Origin: Psilocybe cubensis
Lineage: Eukaryota
NCBI GenBank assembly: GCA_017499595.2
Contig: CM039005.1
Span: 1,798,001 to 1,862,000 of the forward strand
Reading direction: 5' to 3'
Length of the DNA: 64,000 nt
Below the pieces are notes generated by a model, which worked only from the letters and a program-made list of their open reading frames with translations, was not told where the DNA came from and ran no database searches. Shown in pieces: positions 27,394 through 38,130 of the stretch; the first letter of the stretch is position 1; every line of letters starts with the position of its first letter. Made by a program: the position numbers and the translations under genes.

Positions 27394-28586
27394 TCGGCTG
27401 AAAATGACGTCCATCAAGAACACTTCTGATTGATTTAACAACACACTCATTTGGGACAGGATATTGGTTTTACGTCGTATATTCACACTGTATCTAAGAT
27501 GGTTTGCACCCTGGACTTTTTTTAACAATTAGGGCACGCCGCCTTGTACTTAAACGTGCGGTCCTGTTCGGGGATCAAAGGCGTGCTTTGTGATCAAAGG
27601 GTTAAGTTAGTAGGCACACTGAGAAATTAAAAGAACGGACTACATAATGTCAATTATTTATAAACTTTGGTGGAAGATGCTTGAACGGGGCCTTAAGCCT
27701 CTGTTCTGTCGCCACTCCCTCCTCTGCGGTATAGCAAGCGAGCCCTCTGACTAGAGGAACAATAAGTGACTGTATAAGGCTCAAAAGCTTCCTTTCTGAA
27801 CCTTCGAATGTTCGGAAAAACCTGTATTTATCCAATACAATACCCGCTTGGGTTTGATTTCAACGTCAATGAGTAAGATTTGTATTGACCTTCTGATGTT
27901 GATTATCAGGGGAGTTTTCTTCATACCATCTTATAAATTAACTGTTGCTCAGATATCTAGTGTGTAGTATCGTGTTGAGATTTGTACATAATACAATGGC
28001 AGATACGACATGCTTGAAAGGTATTATATCTCCCTTGACTCGCACTGCAGGGTTCCCAGCATTGGAATCCATGTGAGCGATGTAACCCCTGAAAATGCCC
28101 ACGTAGTGCTCAATCATTATCATTTTACACGTGTACGAGCGTGTACGATCTTTAACTCGGTGGTCAGACGCGAGGCAAGACGCCTTATTTCTCCTATACG
28201 CTCACACGTATCAGCTCACCCGTTCGACAAATAAAAATCGTGGTAAGGCAGCTAAGATCAACAAGTAGCAAACAAAGAAGTATATGATTATGAACGCAAG
28301 ACTTTAGCAATATTACAACATGAAGATATTATGTTTCAAGCGGGACTATTCAGACAGTGCTAGTAAAATATAACGACAAAAAATGTAAAAAAGGTTGAAA
28401 ATCGCCCAACGAATTGATGGAAATGCAATGACCTCCAGTATAACACATTGTCCGAGATTGAATAACGATAGTAACTCAAAAATAATCTTTTTGAAGGAAC
28501 TGTAGGAATAAGTTAGACCTTTAAACACGGAAGGGGAATGCAACGTGCACATGCTTCCTTGGAGAATTGATTGGAGATGAAACGGA

Positions 28587-31500
28587 TTAGATATGCTGCA
28601 CAAATCGCCCTATCCTGTTGAAAAAAGACGGGAAGACATGGCTCGATGTTTCAAGCGACTCCATGACTGTGGGATATGCTCCTGGAATGTGGCAATCGTT
28701 TATGTCTTCGTTAACGATGGCCTCACAAACAACGACCGGGGTAACAGGTACCGGAGGCGGTTGCTGTGGCTCATCCGGGTGTCGGAATACACGAGCAGAA
28801 GGAGCAATGGACTCCCGAGGCGTTGATGCATGAGTACGACGAGGAGGTATAGTCGTGGGTTTCGCAGCTTTTGCGGACTTCCTTTCTTGAATAGCTACTG
28901 GTTTAGTAGCTGATGGAGTGGGCGCAAAAGGATTTGTGCGAGGAACACCAGTTGGCAGAAGTTTACCCCCAACTTTGGAAGAACAGCCTATGCGAAGCTT
29001 GACTTTCTCTAATACGGGAGGGCGACGTTGGGTTTCAAGATCTTCCTTTAAAGCTATAGATACCTTTCTTACTGAACCCATCCTCTCGATGGCTGTCTGT
29101 GCCTCTCGAATCATAGATAAGTGGTATCGCGTTGCTCTATCAGGTTTTCGTCTGCCTGCTCTCCTTCCCTCGGCAGAAAGTGCGAACAAGCTGCTCGAGC
29201 AAGTATTTTGCACGTCCTTTTCGCTTAGGGAATTTTTAGCTTCCTCATTTGGTTGATCTTCCGCAACCGGAGCAGCATTACTATGCGACGTGTCTTGAGG
29301 AGCAGGAGATTGCTTTTCTGTCTCTGATAATGGCGGGTGGACGGAAATAGGTTCTGGATGTTTGTCATCTTCTGATCTTGTAGGTTGTACCGGCTCAGGG
29401 ACATCTGAATCAGCCTGTGCCTGCGTCGTCGACACGACTTCTGGTATAAGTTGAATGGGTATTGGGACGGGTTGGTATCGGTCTTCAGGCACTGCTGAGT
29501 AGCGTAGATTCCCAAACATGCTGTGGGATTGTCCATCTTGAGTAGCATATCTTCTACGGTTTTTCGATGTTCCAGCGTCAGATACAGAAAAACGTCCAAA
29601 GCGCTAAGTTTTTAATAATCCATAAGTACATCACCGTCAATTTGAAAGACGCATAAAATTTAAAGCTCACAGACGAAAGGTCGTCCAGGTCCAGATCTGT
29701 TACCTCTGCAAACTTGCGCCTACTTTTGGTAGGCTGCTCCTTCAGCGGGGTAGTCAAAGGCGGTACGTTGAACATTGACATGCTGGCCTTGACCGTATTC
29801 TGATTATCTCCAATGCTGAGTAACGGTATCTCACCGTCTTTGAGGTCTTTTTTAGAACCTGTTGAGGGCAATGACTCATTCTTTGGGGAACATTTCGGTG
29901 ATAAATTAGAGGAGGCCTCTTGGATCGGTGAAGGCTCATTGGAGCTTGATTCAGAAGGACTTGGTGAGTCCCTCATCCCAAGTGCAACAGAATGAAAGTT
30001 TGTTTGAGCATCGCCGTCACTTAAAACGATTGTTTTGAGCTGAAGGATTGGTGGGGGACTTTGTGAAGGGGGGAGCTGTGCGGATGCATCGTTCAACGGT
30101 TCATCCAAAATCAAACTCAAAGGGTCAGGACTGAAACCCCTATCATTGACTTGTTGCTCTTCTGAGATCAATTCAAAACTTTCGGGCACCTTCACAGGAC
30201 AGTTCTCAGATTTGAAAGTCGTGCGGACCGTCTGACTTGGATCAGCAGAGGGACCACTTGAGATATCCACTTCGACTGATGCGTGGCGAAGGCTAGCGGG
30301 GGAAACGGAGTCTTGCACGAGAATAGGCGCCAAAGTTGGAGGCTCTATATGCTCAGCCACTGTCTCCATTTTCTGGTTCACGGTGTGGCCGACATCAGTG
30401 TTCACCAATGAGGTAGCAATTGGTGCTACGCTTGATGCGACAGGTCCGTCCTGGTATGGCGCCACCACATCCCATTCTAATTTCGATTCGAGGTTCGAGA
30501 CACTCTCCGACTCAGTGACACGACATTCTCGTTTAACCACTGTGGCAATTTCCTCTGTAGGCAAGGATGGAGGCGGTGAACCATCTTCGCTGAGACGAGT
30601 CCCGCTTGATTTACTCTCTGTCTCGATGCCGTGAACGAGAGCCGTTGTAGATATGTCACCCAATATTGAATTGTCGTCCGCAACCGTGGAAGATGACGCC
30701 CCCAAGGTGGGTCCAGATGGTTGGACAGGAGCCGCTTCGCAAACTGCGGAGGTCTCTATACCGTCCTCGCTGTTGCGGGTCCCTGACAGGGCTAGTGAGT
30801 CGTTTGTAAGCGCTTCTTCATGGGGTTCAGGGACGATTGAATCTAGCTGGGACGTGTTTGCGTTGGTGTCTTGAGAGCCAGAAGGCGCATCGACAAGCGA
30901 AGAAAGTCTTCCAGCTCCTTGGGAAGATTCTTTTTCGTTTGCTCGGATAGAAGATGACATTGGCGGTGCTGAGAGCAGCCTGTACGTCAGGGGAGCTGGG
31001 GGAACAAGTTCATCGAACTCTTTCTGCAGAACCTCCTCAATCTCCTTTTGCGACATGGCCATTATTGAATTGATGGATTCGAGAAGGCCAGCAACAGATA
31101 CTGGAGCGCCATGCTCGTTGCTTGAGTAGGTATTTGATGGAGAATGTTGTACCGGTAGCTTTCTTGTTGAGTCATTAGACAAGGAGGACCCTGCGGAAAG
31201 ATTCAGGGGAGCAGGTCCAGATTGAAGGGTGAGTGCCGCTGTTGGGGAAGGTATAGTCACAGTGGTGGCCACAATGATAGTATCATGATCTTTTTCGATG
31301 TATGCGGATTTGTAATTTTCTGGTACCGAGGTCGTTGAGTTACCCTGTATTTGCGAACCATCAAGTTAGGTCCAGCACACCGAACGGGCATTGTATTAAT
31401 GGACGAGCTTACAGAGTGGCGAATCCTTCTGTTGGATCGAATTTTCCGGCCAGGATGGATATTTGATGGTAGCAGAACGATAGGCGAGACGACTTCACTT

Positions 31501-31855
31501 GTCTGTAAAGGGGTGCCCTGTACCCCGTCGACTACTGATCTGTGTGTCGCGTCGTTGTAACTCGACTCTCCGGCGGCGGCTATCGTCAAACTCGTTTCTG
31601 GCTGTGCGACAAAAAAGGTAGCCGTTATGACCACGAGTTCAGTGTCTACATTCTAGTCACATGAATAATAATGTGTACCTCTTCAAATGATTTGTGCTGG
31701 TCCAAGCTTGACTGTGCGGTTTGGCCGTTTCCCTCCATTGATGTACTGGTCTCTAAGAGAGGAAGAGTTACTAAAGAAGTGGCGGCATCGCTGGGGAATC
31801 CTCCGGTATTGTCTTCTACTTTGGTCGTGGTCTGTGTATGAGTGGCGACGGTCAT
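28587..31855 (-). CDS. Large Ser/Thr/Pro/Glu-rich intrinsically disordered hypothetical protein (~1000 aa, 4 exons)
   Basis: ORFs 31646-31855, 31257-31634, 29578-31272 and 28587-29519 join in frame through GT-AG introns (~31677-31606, ~31411-31346, ~29670-29605). No recognisable domain. Confidence 0.7.
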
Positions 31856-33092
31856 TTGTCCGACTTAACGTAGTGGCGAGGTTGATCAACTCGGATAGGT
31901 GGGGCAGTAGAAGCTGACGCTGGATTGGAATGGTACTGCGGATATAGTGGTAGATTTTCTTACTATACCGTACACTCTCAGGATGATACTGCAAGATATC
32001 CACCGTCAGGCGTACGGAGCCCGGAGAGCAAGGAATGGCTTACAAGAGACAGAAATGACTCGACGATACCTAGAGATGTTCTGGGGAGAAGATGGCAGTT
32101 ATATGTGAATGATATGGAGAAGTCGATTTTCTACTCTGACGCCTTAAAAAGGCAGCGTTATGTGTGTGGTGCTTGAGGTGACGGGGTTTCACTGGCTACT
32201 CCAAATCCAGTCGAGTGGCGAGGTGAACAATTTGGAGGTCGGCCCAAGCCAAAACCATACAATTGGGTTTCCCCTCGTATATTAGATTGTGAGAGTACCC
32301 TGCTAAAGGAAATGTATGTTGAGGGCCCCAGAAAAGTGAAGGCAGGTATAATCCCTGTTTGCGAGTGTGTATGGGCGCATTCGGTTACCAACCTTTTGTT
32401 TCTCAGGTTCCTCGTAGTTGCCAAGGAATGACCAAAATCAGTTGTAATCTTGAGGCCATGAAAGGGAACAGTATACGGATGACCTCGAAGAACACAAGAA
32501 AGACTCGGAGACACAATAGGATCAAGGAACATGAATCTGAAATGACGAATGCGGGATATGCCTTGTAGAGGTCTGAGACGAGAGGGTCGTTGTTATTACT
32601 CCAGAGAATCAATTTATGGACATTTATTGCTATTGTTTGGAAACAGGATACGGTGCAAGCGTATTAATTCAATTCAGTGCAGTGGATTGGCTGGCTTGTA
32701 AGCAGTGGTGAGAGTCTGTGAGTGTGCAAAGTGACGAATCTGGTAATAAAAACTTGCACTCCCACGCATTACAGCACGTGCCAACAATGCTGAGCTAATC
32801 ACTAAATCACCCCTCGCGTGTCTGTCTACACTTACCCACCAGAACGCGAACAAAATGAAGTCCAGGTAAGGGATTCATCACTGCTATCGATACATTTGCT
32901 CATTTCATTCCGAATATTTAACAATAACCAGAACGCATGTCAACATAATATAGACAGCCTCACGCACGAGGTCTACATACAAACAGTGGAAGAGAACATT
33001 TGCCAGTTGTTCCAAACTTCAAGAACACGGAAACCAATGTTGTCAATGCTTTGTTGGTTGAGTCCACCTGATAATCAGGAGTGATATCCGAG

Positions 33093-34259
33093 CTATCTTA
33101 AAGGGGCTTCGAGCTTGAAGACCCAATGAGCTCCTGTTGTGTGCGTTTCCCTATATCCAAGGACACCCTCCACAAATGCTAATATGAGCATTGGATTCAG
33201 TGGTACTGATGCACGCATAGGGACTGAGGGTTCGATTATGATACCGTCAATTACTCCAAACACGAAGGCCGATTCAACAAGCTCCACTTTCAATATTGGC
33301 CTCTAAAGTGCTCGGTCAAAATGCTGCTTGAATATGGTTAGCATATTGAATGCACTTACTTTGAGGCTATCACCCATGTTCGTTTTCGCCCATTTTTTCA
33401 AATACTCTGCCAAAAGTTCGAGACTTGGCTGATGGCTGCCTTGGATAACAAGTGGAATGGTTCTAGCGTCGACAGTCAGGAAGTACGGCGCTGTGGATTT
33501 GAACAGTTGTGCAGGGCGATCCAGCATATCTATGTTGGGTAATTTTTGTATACGGGGGGTCACGGCGATTCCGGATGGGACGAGGGTTGAAGCATGCGAT
33601 GATAATGTCGTCTCTCCACGAACGTTTACTTTGGCCCAATCGTCATCGTTTACAGCAGCGTCCGAAGACGAGATCCCGACCTCAGAGGAGAAGAGCAGGT
33701 CTAAGTCCTGGTCGAACATAGACTCGACAGCCGCATTCAGTGGGAGCTGGGCATTAGGGATCTCAAGTGTGAAAGCACTGAATTCTCTTTTCAAATTAAC
33801 CTTTGGGCACCGTCCAGCACTAATCTAAAAAATAGTCAAAATATATCGGTGTGTCATCATTTAAGTTCAATTCTGACCTCAAGTTTTAACAACCAACTGG
33901 AGTTAGGCTTCTTTGCAAGCATCTCGAGTAATTCCTCCGTCCACTCGCTGTTGTTATCGTCGTCCACCCTCGCCAATAGGCGTCCATAGAAGGCGTTGAC
34001 GACTCGCGCGATGGATGGTATGAACTGCGCTTTGTCCGGATACACGCCCTTGAGTGCATCGTATAATTGCAGCCATTGAACTTCCGGAACAATCTTGTGC
34101 CCCAAAGTCTTCTCGAGGTCGTCAATACTTTTTTGGATCATTCCTTTGGGCGACTCCCATTTGTCCCGTATGTCAACACGGATCTTTAAAGGGCTGGTAA
34201 AGTGTTTTCAGTTAGTAAGCGTGGTCTTTGAAAGGTTTTACTTACAGTTCTGCTGACAT
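33093..34259 (-). CDS. Uncharacterised fungal protein: one 'LPLxxRxDxRD' module plus a C-terminal domain, 4 exons (~335 aa)
   Basis: MSAEL|PLKIRVDIRDKWESPKG...LGHKIVPEVQW...WTEELLE...KLE|ISAGR...DDDWAKV...LPNIDMLDRP..L...PY...GSHQPSLELLAEYLKKW...|RPILKVEL.ESAF...NPMLILAFVEGVLGY...W.FK..PLR*. Canonical introns. Confidence 0.85.
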
Positions 34260-34924
34260 GGTTTTTCTCTGTACGTTTAGGATGCAAAATGCTGGGTGGA
34301 TTTCGCTTCAGCAACTCGAGCAAGTGAAAACAAGACATTAGTCTTAACGTTTTCTCTATTTCAGGAAAATGTCCCTAATCGGCTTGTTTGTGCACGGCCG
34401 CGCCTCGGCGTGTCAACTCTGGGAGATTTTCCGTCGACATTTCAATTATCTGTCGATCTATCAAATTCCCATCCCTCTCTACCTCTCAAACCCTTCAACA
34501 TGTCCATGTAGGGTGCACAACTGGGCGGCGGTATGTCTTTATCTCAAAATAAATCAGGACGCGCCCAACACCCGTTAATTCTCTCTGTGCGCTGCAGAAA
34601 CTGAGAATGCCGCTCGGCTTAAGTGCTATGCTCTTGTGCAGACATGATACTGCTCTTGTACACGAACTTCAACCTGTCTTTCAACGCCATCGTCGCGGAG
34701 CGCGCCCACTCCTTCCTCAACTCCTTTCAGCGGACGCCCATTTTTTTTGAAGAGCAGAAATGACCTACGATTGGTGTTTTGGGCTATGGACTGCGCAAAC
34801 TCGACGTGTTACTTGACTCTGGATATCCAGAAAAGTCTGATGGTTCCACAACTTTTACTTGGCGTATCATTCGACCTTGACCATTTGCGTAGTTTTTTTT
34901 CCGTGTTCAGGTCCTGAAGACGCG

Positions 34925-34931
34925 TATAAAA
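34925..34931 (+). promoter_or_regulatory. TATA box of the gene starting at 35010
   Basis: TATAAAA ~85 nt upstream of an ATG in a strong CAAAATG context. Confidence 0.55.
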
Positions 34932-35009
34932 GCTACCAGGGATCCTGTTGGAAACACAGAACCAACTACAAGCTTTACATTCGAACTCCTTTCTCAAACA
35001 TCAACCAAA

Positions 35010-36253
35010 ATGCCCAGGAAGCCCGCTTTCACTCCCAAGCCACCCGTCGAGAAGCTTCCTCTCGCTGTTCGCAAAGATCGTACGTATTTCTTGTAACCTT
35101 TCTTGACGATCCTTTTGCTGATTTTGTCTGTTAGTTCGTGATAATTACGAATCTAAAAAGGGCGACTATGAGACTGAAATCGCTGATGTCCTTGGCTTCC
35201 CCATTGCCATCAACATCGACGTTAACGCCGTCTGGGCCTACGCCGAGACTTTGTCGTTGTCTTCTGAACAAGCTGGTCGCACATTCACTGGGTATGCTTC
35301 CACTCCTCTCCTTCAAAGCGTCTCTTTATTAATGAAATGCATATTTTTGTAACCTTAGATACATCGAGGGGTTCATCAACGGAATCAAGACCTTCGTTGA
35401 GAAGTACGGCGACCTTGGCAAGGAATACTTCCAAAACGCGGTCACGGAAGGCCAACTCACTGTCACCGTCAACGAGCTGGGTGACGCCGTAAGTTTGCTG
35501 TGTGATATACTTTTTGACTTTGTGTTGACCTATCCTTTCTGCTTTGTGACAGGCCCCCACCATCGATGCTGATGTGAAAGATGGCGTGTTCCGCATCCTC
35601 TTCAAGGACAGCCGCCTCGGGTACAACCAGAGCTGGCTTAACGATTCGATCGGGCCAGCCATCGACAAAGCACCTCATGAGGGTTTTGGGCTGTTCGCCC
35701 AGTACTCGATTAAAACGTCCTACGAGGAAGAGGTCGAAGAAGTTCAGGAGGACATCGGCAAGATCCTTAACATGTCCGATGTGGTTCTCGACCCTAACTT
35801 TGAGGACAACTACGCGATCTTGTTGGCGAAGAAGGAAGACACCGAATGGCAAAAGAACTTTGGCGAGGTCACTCTACTCTACTTCAAGTATGTTTTTACT
35901 TTTCTTTTTTGCTTTTAGTATCGTGTTGCTAATCTTGATTGTTTATTTGCTCATGAAGGAATCTCAAAGATCAATTAACCAGCCAAGGCTTCGATCAGGA
36001 TGATATGTTACAAGAGGGTTTAGCTGAGACTCTTACCAGCAAGACCTTCAAGATCCGTGTTGTCGAGAAGACTAAGAGCGGTAACACCATCGAGACTGTT
36101 CTGGAAGACGGTACTTGCTTCATCCAGGTGAGGGTTTTATAAGCAATCAATGGCTTTATCTCAAAGCTAAACTACTTTCATCTGCAGACCTTCCCCGCCC
36201 GTTGGTACTACAACCTCTCCAACTCTGGCGCCGGTCTCGTTGACATGTTGTAA
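35010..36253 (+). CDS. Uncharacterised acidic fungal protein made of two ~150-aa internal repeats, 6 exons (~310 aa)
   Basis: MPRKPAFTPKPPVEKLPLAVRKD|LRDNYESKK...VWAYAE...|YIEGF...|APTIDADVKDGVFRILF...GYN...FGLFAQYSIKTSYEEE...PNFEDNYA...|...GFDQDDMLQEG...EDGTCFIQ|TFPARWYYNLSNSGAGLVDML*. Strong bias to C-ending codons. Confidence 0.88.
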
Positions 36254-36693
36254 CTTTTGTGCTTGAATATCCCTAAATAGTTTTTCTAACTAGAAATCCT
36301 GGTTCCGTCTTTAAAGTTTATACCACGTAAATCTTGTTTTTTTTGTTTAGAAAAAAATATATAGTCTACCTGTTCGTGTTGCTATGCAGTGGCGAATGTG
36401 ATTATCATAAAGATGTCTCTTTTTTGTGGGGGGGATTTGGGGGTGACTCCATCTAAATTCTTCAACAGCAAAGGTTGTTGGGAACACTGATACACGATTA
36501 ATGAGGGAATAAGTATCATACTTTGCTATAGGATGCTTTGTGAGTGCATACACGTAAAGTTGAAGATTTCATACACACCACTCAACTCTTTGAGGCGCAA
36601 TTTTTTACGTATTAGGTGTTTTGAACACTTCGCGCGTTGCTTCGTTGACTTCCAAAGGCATGTGGATGGAGGCTTAATAGTATGGCCAACATA

Positions 36694-37435
36694 TCAGTTG
36701 GGATTATATTCAATTTTGCCACCGTATTCCCGCCACATCTTTAGCATATTAATCTTGGCCACATCGCCGTCCGAAGGCATCTGCTTGCCACCAATCTTCG
36801 AACCAACGGGGTGGAACGCGAACTTTCCGTCTTTCCCAGCGAGAACCAACATGATATCCTTGTCCATCTTCGTTGGAGCCAAAGCACATTCTTTCATGAG
36901 CAGTGGATGTCCGTACCCGCGCGGATGGCCAGAGACTTCAACGTACAACTGCGCTGGCTTTGCCGTGCCAGATCTAGACACCGGTCGAACGATGGACATT
37001 GTGCGTACCCAGCTGGACCTTTGGCTTAGTAGGAACGCTGCAATAAAGCCGCCAATTCCTACGTGCACAGCAGCGAAAGCCACGCGTGTCCACAGTGGCT
37101 TTTTGGGGGGCTCTGGGGTCGAATCGTTCACTTTTTTGGGCTTGATTGTCTCGAATGGATTGGGATATAGTTGGCCACCCTCCAGACACGCGAACGTCAT
37201 GTTTCCCCTGTGGATGAGGAAGTTAAAAGCATCGCGGATTTATGGCAAAAAGATGTACGAACATGTACATGACATCGAATGAGAGAATCACGAGTGCCCA
37301 TCTCGCAACAAACGATGGCTTTCCTTCGAATAATGGGTATGCATTTGTTTTGGGTATTGGTACTACAGGAGTACTCCGAGTTTTCCACAAAAATGACGCG
37401 GCCTTGAAAGGATTAAATTTGAAAATGGAGGACAT
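36694..37435 (-). CDS. Small two-TM protein with a presequence-like N-terminus (possibly TMEM223-like mitochondrial inner-membrane protein), 2 exons
   Basis: Exon 1 MSSIFKFNPFKAASFLWKTRS...RWALVILSFDV splices (intron ~37268-37208) into ORF 36694-37200, which has a second TM (WTRVAFAAVHVGIGGFIAAFLL) followed by 'WVRTMSI'. Confidence 0.6.
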
Positions 37436-38130
37436 GAGGACGGAAACTGAGAGGAGCGCGTCGGTCAACATCAGCGGCATCTCCCGCAGTGCCCCGGACA
37501 TGCAGGACCGGGAGTCCATCACGACGGCCCGAGCCGAGGCCATGCAAATCATAGACGGCTCAAACTCCGAAGTTGAAAACCTTTGACGCCGGTATGCCGA
37601 AGATGCTTTCGGCATTATTGAAATCGGCATCTCCTGCGTCGTATTGACTCGGAAATCAACATGATCACGAACGGCTCCGGGCTTGTTCCTGCTTGTTAAG
37701 ATCGACTCCTAATCATTCCTAGGATTCTATTCAGCTTGTAAGGATGTTTCTTTCATCTGAACCACGCCCATGGTACTGCTATACTGGAATCGACCATTAT
37801 GATTTACATTACGCTACAATCCCACCACAAATTTCACAAACGATTGACAATCAGTGACTCTCCACTTGCCTGAGCTAATGCGAAGAAACGCCGATGAAAT
37901 TTCGCGGAAGACTTCAATTCTCTCACCACTTTTCTGCCGCGTTAGTACGGTGAGCTCTGATAAAGTCTACACCACTCACTGCTCGCCGTCAGGTGATTGT
38001 ATTGTGCCCGTTCTATTACGCTTCTATTCTTGGAGTAGGTCTCCTCACGACCGTGTTAGAACTGTTATATAATGGCGTTTTCTGATCAACTGTATTTCCT
38101 GCCATTATTTTCCTTTCTTGTGCTTAAACC

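Noticed and set aside
37593-37616. Short inverted repeat ATGCCGAA-N6-TTCGGCAT between divergent genes
   Set aside because: An 8-bp stem can arise by chance. It might be a transcription-factor site, but there is no further support.
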